The notes: generated by a model from the sequence alone, not told the origin. A DNA stretch of 34,178 nt from a virus (IMGVR_UViG_3300043908_002748:1-34178); one strand, 5' to 3'; numbered from the stretch's first letter, positions 18,214-26,268 are shown. Made by a program: numbers and translations.

Positions 18214-18487
18214 TTTTACTCCCGCCGCCATCAAGAAGGCCATCGGCGCCAAGCGCTGGGCCAAGGTCGAGGCTTGTGATTTCGATTGCGGCGTCCTCGA
18301 TCTGATGTTCAAGCCTGGCTGGGTTCACCCCGGCTATGCGCTGACGACCTTCGTCCTCGAGCCCGGCTACCACGAGATGACCAAGACTGCTGTCATCGCC
18401 GAGCTCAAGGACTTCATCGATGACATGATCTACGACGACGATCTCTGGGACAAAGTCGTCAACCCCTGGAAGAAGGAGACTGCATGA
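18206..18487 (+). CDS. Hypothetical protein
   Basis: GAGGAGG RBS before ATG 18206 (MPDFTPAAIKK...). Confidence 0.75.
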   Translation: MPDFTPAAIKKAIGAKRWAKVEACDFDCGVLDLMFKPGWVHPGYALTTFVLEPGYHEMTKTAVIAELKDFIDDMIYDDDLWDKVVNPWKKETA

Positions 18488-18660
18488 AACTGATTGAGGG
18501 CTGGAAGAACGGCAAGACCTACAAGGTCGCTGAGTTCGAGACATTCGAGGAGTGCGAAGATTACTGGATGACCTTCTTCCTCCACGAGCCCAAATACAAA
18601 ACCAAGGTGATCGGCAAGACAATCATCTATTGGCCGGTCGAAGAGAAGGAGGCTGCCTGA
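18484..18660 (+). CDS. Hypothetical protein (58 aa)
   Basis: Not in ORF track. MKLIEGWKNGKTYKVAEFETFEECEDYW...EKEAA; AAGGAG RBS, ATGA overlap. Confidence 0.75.
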   Translation: MKLIEGWKNGKTYKVAEFETFEECEDYWMTFFLHEPKYKTKVIGKTIIYWPVEEKEAA

Positions 18661-19811
18661 TGAAACTAGATGTCAATCACTACCCGTCTCGGGCGAAGAC
18701 AGGGCGAGCTGCCTACTGCGTCGATACTCGCTATGTCCTCGAGGATGGCGAACAAAAGTATTTCGCCACGAAGCAAGAAGCTCATGCCTACATAACGCGA
18801 CTCGAGGACGAGCTGCAGCTCAACACAGATGGCGCCTGGGACTGGACGTTCTACGATCTGCTCGGATTCGAGAAGGACAAGCCTGTTGGCGCCTGGGTCA
18901 AGCATCTGCAAAGCGAGTACGACAAGGGCAAGATCAGCAAATCGAGCTGGTCTGAGAAACACCGTCACGCGAAAGATTTCCTGACGCTCAAGGTGAACAA
19001 CAAGAGCACCGCGCAGCTCAAGGTCCGCGACCTGGAGATGAAGCATGTCCAGCTGCAGCTGCTCGATCAGATGGCTGTCGGCCGCACCGCGAAGACAGTC
19101 AAGAACATCCTCACCAGCCTCCGCTCTATGAACCGTTACGCGATCCTGGTCGGCTGCCGGAAGACTGATCCCTGGCAGGGCGCGATTGCCATCGGCGAGA
19201 TCGAGGGCAAGGCAACAGACGGCAAGGTCGAGCGTGTCCAGCCGGCAGCGGTCAAGTCGATCATCGAGGCGATGGATCCCTGGTGGGCGCTCATGGCTAC
19301 CTTCGCCAGTTCGACCGGGCTGAGGCAGGGCGAGCAGCGCGCGCTGACCTGGGCTGACCTGGACCTGGATGGCTCCAAGGTCGATGTCAACAAAGCGGTC
19401 AAGCACCGGGCTGAGGTCGGTCCTCCTAAGTCTCCCAAGGGCTACCGGAAGGTCACGCTGCCCAGGGGCCTGGCGATCCAGCTGCGCGAGCTCTACATCA
19501 AGCGCGGCCGGCCGGCCAAGACCGAGCTGGTCTTCCCGACCAGGACGGGCGCCATCATCAGCGACAGCCGGTTCCAGGAAAACATGGACAAGGCCTGTGC
19601 CAAGGCCGGCGTCGAAAAGATCCGGTGGCACGATCTGCGACATTACTATGCCAGCCAGCTGCTGCGCGCTTTCAAGAATGACTGGTGGACGATCACCAAT
19701 CTCATGGGCCACGAAAGCGTCCAGACGACGCAAGAGACGTATGGGCACTGGATCGAAGATGATGAAAAAGATGCCCACATGCTGGACGCAGTGAGCTCGA
19801 TCTTTGAATAA
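18660..19811 (+). CDS. int: Tyrosine integrase
   Basis: Catalytic set TGLRQGE, PKS, HDLRH, LMGH, TY. Start placed at ATG 18660 after AGGAGG. Confidence 0.95.
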   Translation: MKLDVNHYPSRAKTGRAAYCVDTRYVLEDGEQKYFATKQEAHAYITRLEDELQLNTDGAWDWTFYDLLGFEKDKPVGAWVKHLQSEYDKGKISKSSWSEKHRHAKDFLTLKVNNKSTAQLKVRDLEMKHVQLQLLDQMAVGRTAKTVKNILTSLRSMNRYAILVGCRKTDPWQGAIAIGEIEGKATDGKVERVQPAAVKSIIEAMDPWWALMATFASSTGLRQGEQRALTWADLDLDGSKVDVNKAVKHRAEVGPPKSPKGYRKVTLPRGLAIQLRELYIKRGRPAKTELVFPTRTGAIISDSRFQENMDKACAKAGVEKIRWHDLRHYYASQLLRAFKNDWWTITNLMGHESVQTTQETYGHWIEDDEKDAHMLDAVSSIFE

Positions 19812-19835
19812 AACAATATGCCTTTAATGGCGATT

Positions 19836-19860
19836 AGGGCCGCGCTGGCGGCCCTTTCTA
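19836..19860 (+). terminator. Terminator between int and the convergent early operon
   Basis: AGGGCCGC-GCTG-GCGGCCCT stem followed by TTCTA. Confidence 0.65.
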
Positions 19861-19872
19861 TATAGGGGTGGG

Positions 19873-20040
19873 TCAGTAGCCGGCCATGTGTCCATCAGCT
19901 CGCTGAGCTCTTCCTGACTCCCGTAAGGCACGATCTCCTCCTTCCGCTCGCTCGAGACCCGCCGCCGTTTCTTGGCGACGGGTTTCTTTTGCTGCTTGGT
20001 GGAATCGGATCGCGAGGTCATCCAGCTGCTCAGCTGTCAT
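19873..20040 (-). CDS. Small hypothetical protein (start uncertain)
   Basis: MTAEQLDDLAIRFHQAAKETRRQ...; start overlaps the end of xis and the ORF stops just before the hairpin. Confidence 0.45.
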   Translation of the reverse strand: MTAEQLDDLAIRFHQAAKETRRQETAAGLERAEGGDRALRESGRAQRADGHMAGY

Positions 20041-20278
20041 CGACCTGGTCAGATACGAGCCGTGGGCCAAGACCCTCAGCTCCCCCAGGACTGGCCAGAC
20101 CAGCAGCTCCGCTGAGCTGCTCGATGTCCTGGCGCCGGTAGTAGTACCGCCGGCCCGTGCGGATCTTCTCAATGCCCTGGGCATCAAGGAGCCGAGCTGT
20201 TTTCTGACGCGCCGCATCACCGTCACTACCGAATAGGACAAGGCTTGCCTCCGCTGTTGTCATCATCGCGCCCACCAT
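20030..20278 (-). CDS. xis: Putative excisionase (MerR-like HTH)
   Basis: MTTAEASLVLFG...IRTGRRYYYRRQDIEQL; convergent with int; TAATG-coupled to the upstream gene. Confidence 0.65.
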   Translation of the reverse strand: MVGAMMTTAEASLVLFGSDGDAARQKTARLLDAQGIEKIRTGRRYYYRRQDIEQLSGAAGLASPGGAEGLGPRLVSDQVDDS

Positions 20279-20655
20279 TAGATTGCATCCCAACTTGTCG
20301 CGGCAGCTGGTGCAGCTGCAGGGGCTGGTGCGGGAGCGGGTGCCTGGTCTCGAGGCTTGTTCGGATAGATTGCAAAGGTCGCAACCTTGGGGAAGTTCTT
20401 CACCTCTTCGCCATCTCTGAGTGACAGCGTGATGCTGAGCTCGACGCCGGCATCAGCAAGGATCTTGCCGAGCTCGTCGCACTTGGCTTTCTGCTCGGCG
20501 GTCATCGGCTCGAAGCGCCGCGTGTCCTCGTTGAAGTCGGTTCGATACTGGATCCAGGCTGTGGCCCGATACAGGTTTGGCGCCTGATTCGGTGCGGCTG
20601 CTTTGATATCTTCGCGCAGCTTGATCTCGGCGCGGCTGAGGTGAGGCGAGTTCAT
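20278..20655 (-). CDS. Putative ssDNA-binding protein
   Basis: 125 aa with a Pro/Ala flexible tail ending WDAI; follows the annealase-like gene. Assigned mainly by position. Confidence 0.45.
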   Translation of the reverse strand: MNSPHLSRAEIKLREDIKAAAPNQAPNLYRATAWIQYRTDFNEDTRRFEPMTAEQKAKCDELGKILADAGVELSITLSLRDGEEVKNFPKVATFAIYPNKPRDQAPAPAPAPAAAPAAATSWDAI

Positions 20656-21305
20656 TTTCTTTCTCCCGTGTTGGCTTTCTCATATTGCTCGTCGTAATAA
20701 GCTCTGAGCAGCTCGAAGAGCTGCTGATCGGCAGCCTTGAGACCTTTCAGGTCTTTCATGTTGCCGCTGAGCCAGCTCGTTAGTTTCGAGGCGCCACCGT
20801 CCTCGCTGGCCAGCTTCTTGATTTTGTTCATGGCGCTGTTTGCCCAAGTCTCCCAGGGACCGCGCTCGGGCTCAGCTGCTGCTGGCTCAGGCGCCGGCTC
20901 AGGCGCAGCTGCGCGCTGCGGCCGCGATGCTTTGAAATCGTCGGCCTCTTCCTCCGAATAAACATAACCGGCTATGTTGATGAGCTTTAGGATCACGCGG
21001 TCTTTCGCGCGCTTCTCAGCCATCGCAAAAGGGTATGAGTTTTTGTTGTTGTAGGGGGTGGCTTCGCCGATAGACCATTCGACCTGGTCGCCCAGGTGGC
21101 CGGTTACCAGCATGACAACAGACTTGGTCTGTGCGTCAGCCTCGATCATCACCGGCGAATCGAAGGTAATTCCCTTGTGCGCTGCCACCAGCTCGAGCGC
21201 TTTGTGTAACACCACTGGCGTACCGTGGCAGTCCCAGACGGCGTCCTGGGGCTCGAGCTGCAGCTCCTGGAAGATCTGTTTCAGCTGCTCAGGGATTTTA
21301 GCCAT
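20652..21305 (-). CDS. Putative single-strand annealing recombinase
   Basis: 217 aa. YPFAMAEKRAKDRVILKL...VYSEEEADDF core, then a Pro/Ala linker and helical tail; in an operon with an exonuclease. Confidence 0.6.
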   Translation of the reverse strand: MAKIPEQLKQIFQELQLEPQDAVWDCHGTPVVLHKALELVAAHKGITFDSPVMIEADAQTKSVVMLVTGHLGDQVEWSIGEATPYNNKNSYPFAMAEKRAKDRVILKLINIAGYVYSEEEADDFKASRPQRAAAPEPAPEPAAAEPERGPWETWANSAMNKIKKLASEDGGASKLTSWLSGNMKDLKGLKAADQQLFELLRAYYDEQYEKANTGERK

Positions 21306-21625
21306 TGCTCGCCCCTCCCTGTAATCTGCCAGACGATCTCCTGCCGGCCTCGGTCATTCTTGGCGCGCTCGCCGCTGTCGCGGACCAGACCCATACGCTC
21401 GAGCTCGGTCAGCCTGGGCTTGACGCTGTAAAGCCAGGCGTCCATCTTTTCGGCAACCTGACTACCAGTTAGGCCAGGGTGGACTGAGGCGAGGCTTTGC
21501 AGGGCTTTGAGCCTCAGTCCACTTAGCTTGGGGGCCACAAACTCGAGCGCGAGCTGCTCGGTATCAGGGCCATGTCTGTGAGCTGTCGGCCCAGGATCGC
21601 CAGGCCAGGTGATTTCTTTCTGCAA
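21281..21625 (-). CDS. Winged-helix DNA-binding protein (start uncertain)
   Basis: GLTGSQVAEKM...SVKPRLTELERMGLVRDSGER...IVW. Confidence 0.75.
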   Translation of the reverse strand: MQKEITWPGDPGPTAHRHGPDTEQLALEFVAPKLSGLRLKALQSLASVHPGLTGSQVAEKMDAWLYSVKPRLTELERMGLVRDSGERAKNDRGRQEIVWQITGRGEQWLKSLSS

Positions 21626-21626
21626 T

Positions 21627-21797
21627 TCAGCCTCCCATCAAAAGCGTGACCAGCACTGCGAAGCACCAGAGTGAGAACGCGGCAAAGATCGAAAAGAAAA
21701 CGACGCCCAGGACGCGCAGTGCTTCGCGCAGCCTGGAATAAGGACGCAGCTGACGGCCGGCGTCATCGACGTGCAGCCAGATTAGTTTCTGTCTCAT
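21627..21797 (-). CDS. Small membrane protein
   Basis: MRQKLIWLHVDD... with a hydrophobic C-terminal half; start overlaps the upstream stop. Confidence 0.65.
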   Translation of the reverse strand: MRQKLIWLHVDDAGRQLRPYSRLREALRVLGVVFFSIFAAFSLWCFAVLVTLLMGG

Positions 21798-22723
21798 GCT
21801 AACCCCCATACGCGCTTCGCCTCGGCCAGGTAGCCGGGCGGCTCGTTCCAGATGATGTTTTTGAAGTCAGGTGCGACCATGCCCAGGAGCTGCTCCTTGG
21901 TCTCGGCGGCTTGCAGGAGGTTTTCGGTGCAGCGGTGCTGGACCTTGATCTCCTCGACCACGTCAGCCAGGAAGTCATCCTTGAGCTCGTCGCAGTTTTC
22001 AGGCGTGAATATCTGATAGTTCGAGGCGTTGGCGTACACCAGGAAAGGCGGCTGCCTACCGTTGATCGCCCAGAAGCCGGCCGCCTGGAAGACGTTCTTC
22101 ATGTCAAACATGCCGGTGAGAGACTTGGGGATCGCGGCTGCTTTGAAGCCAGACTTGCTTCGCTTGTCGAGGCTCGACCATTTTGTCTTGAGATCGCCCC
22201 GGCGGTTGTAATCTGGCCTGGTGTTGTGCGGCAGCGCGAGCCCAGGCAGCATGTCGAGCAGCTCGATTTCGCCCAGGATGCGGTTCTCCCGAGCCATCGC
22301 CTCTCGCAGCCCTGCTAGAGCGTGTTCAATGACCGCTGGCAGCTCTTCGATATACTTCTGGTGCCTGGCTGCATCGGATCCATCGTCCCAGTCACGGGGC
22401 TCGTAATCGCGATAGGAGGCAATCTGTTTTGCGATGGCCTCAGCTGGATCCGCTCCTTCGAGCAGGATGGCGTCACAACAGGTCTGCGCGTCAATGCCGC
22501 CCTGCATGGCGGCCGAGCGGCCGGTCTTGAGCCGGTTGATGGTCTTCCAGGCTTTTGCCTTTTGACCAGGGGTGCTGTTGGGGTTTTGGACTACTTCCCA
22601 GGCCTTTTTGACCTGGGGCCGGACGTGCGCTTTGTCGAAAAAAGCCTTCGCCCGTTCTCGAGTAGGGTTTGAGTGCCAGAAGTAAAAATGCCTGGCTGCC
22701 CACTCAGGGGTATCAAGTAGCAT
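21794..22723 (-). CDS. PD-(D/E)XK exonuclease-like protein
   Basis: 309 aa. E...RPDY...GDLKTK...QAAGF motif order; GGAG RBS. Confidence 0.7.
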   Translation of the reverse strand: MLLDTPEWAARHFYFWHSNPTRERAKAFFDKAHVRPQVKKAWEVVQNPNSTPGQKAKAWKTINRLKTGRSAAMQGGIDAQTCCDAILLEGADPAEAIAKQIASYRDYEPRDWDDGSDAARHQKYIEELPAVIEHALAGLREAMARENRILGEIELLDMLPGLALPHNTRPDYNRRGDLKTKWSSLDKRSKSGFKAAAIPKSLTGMFDMKNVFQAAGFWAINGRQPPFLVYANASNYQIFTPENCDELKDDFLADVVEEIKVQHRCTENLLQAAETKEQLLGMVAPDFKNIIWNEPPGYLAEAKRVWGLA

Positions 22724-22752
22724 ATCTCATCTCCACGATTAAATCGTGAAGG

Positions 22753-22782
22753 AGCGTATGCCATCATGACAGATTACGTCAA
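22753..22782 (-). promoter_or_regulatory. Leftward early promoter with overlapping operator
   Basis: Minus strand TTGACG-18bp-TACGCT; operator-like ATGACA-GATTA-CGTCAA at 22766-22782. Confidence 0.6.
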
Positions 22783-22783
22783 G

Positions 22784-23479
22784 TCACTTATCTAGTATTA
22801 CCTCCACGCCCCTCATTGCTGGTCGGAAAGCGGCTGAAAGGGTTGCGGTTGCCCAGACGAGTTCTTGTCCTTTGATCGTGGCGCCCGTGTCAGGATTATG
22901 GATCGTAAAAAGATTATTTGGCTCTGGATAAAGTGTGCCACAAAGTAGTTGACGGGTTTTGCCACGTTCTTGGTACGGAATTTTGAGCAAAACATAACAT
23001 GAGTTCTGTATCGCACATTCAGACACATATTGGTTTTCGACTGGATCACGCTCAACAAGCTCGATTGCGTTTTTCCATCTTTGTAGTGGACCAGAATAAT
23101 CTTTATCGGCGGACCATACGATGGCTCCAGTATTTTGTTCAAGATAACTTGGGAGATAAACCTTCCCCATTGTATCGCCGACAGAGATCTTTCGTTCTAT
23201 ATCGAAGCCGCTGGGTGGGCACTGCGGATCGTTAGGGTCACAAGCAAGAAGGTGGCAATAGCCAATGATGGGTATTGGCGGTGTTGGGAATAAAACGTCT
23301 TGAGGTGTGCAATCCAGAATTTTGGCGTATCGCTCGGCGTCCTGCAGCGTCATTTGTATTTTGCCGTGTAGTTGACGCGACAAGGTTTCTGGCGTGATGC
23401 CTTTTAGGGCCGCCACTTCTCTTTTCGACATGCTCGACCGAGCGATCATTGCATCAAGGTTATTCGGCATGGTCGTCAT
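22784..23479 (-). CDS. CI-like repressor (XRE HTH plus atypical C-terminal domain)
   Basis: GGAGG RBS before ATG 23479; MSKREVAALKGITPETLSRQLHG HTH; divergent from the cro-like gene. Confidence 0.85.
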   Translation of the reverse strand: MTTMPNNLDAMIARSSMSKREVAALKGITPETLSRQLHGKIQMTLQDAERYAKILDCTPQDVLFPTPPIPIIGYCHLLACDPNDPQCPPSGFDIERKISVGDTMGKVYLPSYLEQNTGAIVWSADKDYSGPLQRWKNAIELVERDPVENQYVSECAIQNSCYVLLKIPYQERGKTRQLLCGTLYPEPNNLFTIHNPDTGATIKGQELVWATATLSAAFRPAMRGVEVILDK

Positions 23480-23489
23480 ATTAAACCTC

Positions 23490-23547
23490 CTGGCATTGTT
23501 TGCCAACCCGTTGTCATTGAGATAAGCCCATTGGCATAATCTGTCAA
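23490..23547. promoter_or_regulatory. cI/cro switch: two operators and opposed promoters
   Basis: Operators CTGGCA-N5-TGCCAA (23490-23506) and TTGGCA-N5-TGTCAA (23531-23547). Rightward promoter TTGTCA-18-CATAAT (23511-23540); leftward -35 TTGACA at 23547-23542. Confidence 0.7.
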
Positions 23548-23567
23548 GCTGTGTTACAAACACGGCC

Positions 23568-23780
23568 ATGACACTTGAGCAATGGCGATTAAAAAAGGGC
23601 TGGTCGAAGGCTCAGCTCGCTCGGAAGTTAGGCGCGAGCCATGCGAAGGACGTGACCAGGTGGTGCATCCGCCCTGGTAGTGACGGCCAGGTGATACCTG
23701 GTCGGACCTACATGGCAAGGATCATCGAGGTCACGGGGGGCGAGGTCATGCCGAATGACTTCTACATGGCCCGTGACTGA
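23568..23780 (+). CDS. Cro-like HTH protein
   Basis: 70 aa. MTLEQWRLKKGWSKAQLARKLG...VTGGEVMPNDFY. Confidence 0.88.
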   Translation: MTLEQWRLKKGWSKAQLARKLGASHAKDVTRWCIRPGSDGQVIPGRTYMARIIEVTGGEVMPNDFYMARD

Positions 23781-24144
23781 GGACGAGCTGCAGAAACAAG
23801 TCGTTGACTGGCTGCAGCTGGCTCTGCCGCCAGGCTGTGTCTTTCATCATTCCCCAAACGAGGGCACCAGGCACGTCGCTTTCAAGCAGAAGCTCAAGCG
23901 CCTGGGCACCAGGTTTGGCTGGCCGGATCTCGAGATCTTTGTGCCGGGCGACCAGGCCATTGGCGGCGTGAGCTGCGCGATCTTCATTGAGCTCAAGCGG
24001 CCCAAGGGCGGCAGCCTGAGCGCCAACCAGAAACAGATTCGAGACGAGCTCGAAGAGGCCGGCTGCCATTGGTATCTGGCCAGGTCGGTTGACCAGGTCG
24101 CTGAGGCTTTGGACATGCACGTCCAGCTGAGGGCCTCATGGTGA
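23773..24144 (+). CDS. VRR-NUC nuclease (Holliday-junction resolvase-like)
   Basis: EDELQ...HHSPNEG...GWPDL...FIELKRPKGGSLSANQK. Confidence 0.85.
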   Translation: MTEDELQKQVVDWLQLALPPGCVFHHSPNEGTRHVAFKQKLKRLGTRFGWPDLEIFVPGDQAIGGVSCAIFIELKRPKGGSLSANQKQIRDELEEAGCHWYLARSVDQVAEALDMHVQLRASW

Positions 24145-24323
24145 GGGTTATGGTGATTCCTGGCGTCTGGGAGGAGGCCAAGGAGTGCCAGGAGTGCCAG
24201 GGCCAGGGCAGGGCGGTCTATGAGGTCGCTGTCCCTGACTACATGCGAGGCGGCTATCTCGACGAGCGAGAGATGGAGTGCCAGAGCTGCAACGGCGATG
24301 GTTTTGTGAGGTGCGATGAGTAG
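24138..24323 (+). CDS. Small DnaJ-type zinc-finger protein
   Basis: Two CxxCxGxG motifs (CQECQGQG, CQSCNGDG). Confidence 0.75.
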   Translation: MVRVMVIPGVWEEAKECQECQGQGRAVYEVAVPDYMRGGYLDEREMECQSCNGDGFVRCDE

Positions 24324-24834
24324 GCAGAAGGATGACTGGTATCCCACGCCTCCGGTGGCTACCAGGAGGCTGCTCGATCACGAGCAGTTCGATGAAGTGA
24401 TTTGGGAGCCGGCAGCTGGGGATGGCGCAATAAGCCAGGTCCTTAGCATGGCTTGTTATGATGTCATCAGCTCGGATCTGAACGATTACGGATATGGCAG
24501 CTTCGGCATTGATTTCCTGCTTGAGCAGCGGCGCCAAGCCGACTGCATCGTGACTAATCCGCCTTACCGGCTCGCCGAGGAGTTCATCAAACATGCGATT
24601 TATTTGCATGTACGCAAACACGCTTGGTTGCTGCGCTTGAGCTTCCTCGAGGGGCAGAAGCGTTTTGAGCGTTTGTTCCGCAAGAATCCGCCAGCCAGGG
24701 TGCACGTCTTTTCGCAAAGACTGACAATCTGGCGTGGTGACGAGGAGGCCAGGCCTCACAGCGGAACGACGGCCTATGCCTGGTATGTGTGGGAACGGGG
24801 CTTCACGGGCTCAACCCAGCTGGGGTGGCTGTGA
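24316..24834 (+). CDS. DNA amino-methyltransferase (N6-A/N4-C type)
   Basis: DDWYPTP, motif I-like WEPAAGDG, motif IV NPPY. Confidence 0.85.
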   Translation: MSRQKDDWYPTPPVATRRLLDHEQFDEVIWEPAAGDGAISQVLSMACYDVISSDLNDYGYGSFGIDFLLEQRRQADCIVTNPPYRLAEEFIKHAIYLHVRKHAWLLRLSFLEGQKRFERLFRKNPPARVHVFSQRLTIWRGDEEARPHSGTTAYAWYVWERGFTGSTQLGWL

Positions 24835-24904
24835 CAAGGTCGAGAAAAATTTTGGATGAGGGGTTTTGTAATGGAGAAGTGTTGCATTTGCGGAAGGCCA
24901 GCTG

Positions 24905-25171
24905 ATGGCGTCAAAGATGAATCGGGGGGCACAGCCTACTGCGCCGAGCACGGACTCGATTTCGTGCGTGGCCTGTGGGAGGGGCCACTTAGTCATTGCT
25001 GGGACTTGGGTCTCGTTAGCTTCGGGAGACACGGTTTGTCGAAACGACACTTGCTGGCGCGTGATGGTAAAATGGTACAAGGAGAGAAATGATGCCGAGA
25101 AAATGGACGAAGGCACAACGAGAGGCTCAGAGCCGCCGGGCGACGGCGTACTGGGCGAAGGTGAGAGCTGA
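24905..25171 (+). CDS. Small Cys-containing hypothetical protein (competing overlapping frame 24871-25092)
   Basis: CVACG...CRNDTCW; overlaps another Cys-rich frame, so the coding frame is uncertain. Confidence 0.45.
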   Translation: MASKMNRGAQPTAPSTDSISCVACGRGHLVIAGTWVSLASGDTVCRNDTCWRVMVKWYKERNDAEKMDEGTTRGSEPPGDGVLGEGES

Positions 25172-25283
25172 CAACGAGGCGAAGGAACGGGCCGCACAAG
25201 CGCGCTCGAGCTTCGAGCCGGCAGCCGAGCTGCCCTGGTGGCGCCGTGTCATGATTGCTCTCGGATTCCATCAAGGGACTTGA
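25089..25283 (+). CDS. Small basic hypothetical protein
   Basis: AAGGAG RBS; MPRKWTKAQREAQSRR...PWWRR. Confidence 0.65.
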   Translation: MMPRKWTKAQREAQSRRATAYWAKVRADNEAKERAAQARSSFEPAAELPWWRRVMIALGFHQGT

Positions 25284-25307
25284 CAGGAATGTTGGCTTCG
25301 ATAAAAT
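25280..25307 (+). promoter_or_regulatory. Near-consensus sigma70 promoter
   Basis: TTGACA-16bp-TAAAAT. Confidence 0.65.
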
Positions 25308-25359
25308 CGGCGCAGCCGCAGCTTAGCAAAGCGCTAAGCTATGCGCTGAGCTGAGCGCT

Positions 25360-25629
25360 ATGCCTGAGCATAATCAAACTAATCTTATTATCTCTAACGT
25401 AGCTAAGCGGTCTAGCTTTGCTTATCGCTCAGCTATAGCACGGTCCAGGGCCAACCCGCTGGACGAGCTGCAGCGGCGCGTCATGCGCCGGCTTCGCCGG
25501 AGCTACAGCTCGGATCGATACGCGCAGCTGGTCCTCGAAGTCTCCAATCTTTCACCTTTCGACAGGCAGTTCTGGCTGCTGTCCATGCAGGAGCAGCTCA
25601 ATGCGGCTAAGCATGACAGAGCTCGATGA
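25360..25629 (+). CDS. Hypothetical protein
   Basis: 89 aa, basic and helical; start lies in a repeat-rich segment and is uncertain. Confidence 0.55.
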   Translation: MPEHNQTNLIISNVAKRSSFAYRSAIARSRANPLDELQRRVMRRLRRSYSSDRYAQLVLEVSNLSPFDRQFWLLSMQEQLNAAKHDRAR

Positions 25630-25990
25630 GCTGTTCCTCGAGGCTGCAGAGACTGAGCGCAAGCTCCCGGCTGCCTTTCGCAGACAGCGCATGTCAGGCT
25701 GGCCAGACTATCCCAGGGATGGCATGGCTTACGGGTACAATGCAATGGAGGTGCCCAGGCTCAAGCCTACGGGGGAGCAGATTGATCGCTGGGAGATGGC
25801 TTTGGATCTGGCGCTTCGCTACATGGATGACGAGGATCGGCGCCTGGTCTGGGCTGTATGTCAGAGCGCTGCCTTCCGGCAGCGGGGTCCGAGGTGGTCT
25901 CGGATTGCACAAATCCTCGGGCTGAATGACCCGAGGATCGTAAAGCGTCGTTACAAGGACGCGCTGGTCAGGCTGTATTACCGGCTGTGA
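25601..25990 (+). CDS. Putative late-gene regulator (DUF6362-like, Q position)
   Basis: LFLEAAETERKLP...WPDY...PTGEQIDR plus C-terminal HTH (WSRIAQILG); last gene of the rightward early operon. Confidence 0.65.
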   Translation: MRLSMTELDELFLEAAETERKLPAAFRRQRMSGWPDYPRDGMAYGYNAMEVPRLKPTGEQIDRWEMALDLALRYMDDEDRRLVWAVCQSAAFRQRGPRWSRIAQILGLNDPRIVKRRYKDALVRLYYRL

Positions 25991-26267
25991 CCTGGTCTAC
26001 CGTGTCCTGGTCGGCGACGAAGTCCTCAGCTGCAGCTTGCCGAGCTGCCTCGAAGCAGAGCTTTGCTGCATTGGCCATGACGATGGTGTACGCCTCGGTG
26101 ATGCCAGGGATGTCCTTGTCTGTGAGCTCGAGCTTGACGAAGCCGGCAAGGCCGCTCATCAGATCGCCATCCCAGCCACCCTGGGGCTCGTATCCGCGCT
26201 CGATGCAAGCCGTGCGGAACGCCTTGCCCAGGTCGCGGATCATGTCAAAGGCTATTTCTGTTTTCAT
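25968..26267 (-). CDS. Hypothetical early protein
   Basis: 99 aa, AGGAGG RBS. Confidence 0.75.
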   Translation of the reverse strand: MKTEIAFDMIRDLGKAFRTACIERGYEPQGGWDGDLMSGLAGFVKLELTDKDIPGITEAYTIVMANAAKLCFEAARQAAAEDFVADQDTVDQVTAGNTA

Positions 26268-26268
26268 G

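Noticed and set aside
18552-18659. N-terminal extension of the integrase in the ORF track
   Set aside because: It overlaps a well-formed 58-aa gene; the RBS and TGATG coupling support ATG 18660.
18666-19778. Long antisense ORFs (also 4777-5610, 28888-29847, 32988-33764)
   Set aside because: Shadow frames of GC-rich genes with no motifs or RBS.
19824-20021. 65-aa minus-strand ORF
   Set aside because: It runs through the terminator hairpin and competes with the better-coupled 19873-20040 frame; not fully excluded.
23490-23506. Sigma54 promoter (TGGCA...TTGC)
   Set aside because: GG-to-GC spacing is 8 rather than 10 nt; better explained as a palindromic operator.
23480-23569. Longer 261-aa repressor start
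   Set aside because: It would cover the operator/promoter region and touch cro; GGAGG supports ATG 23479.
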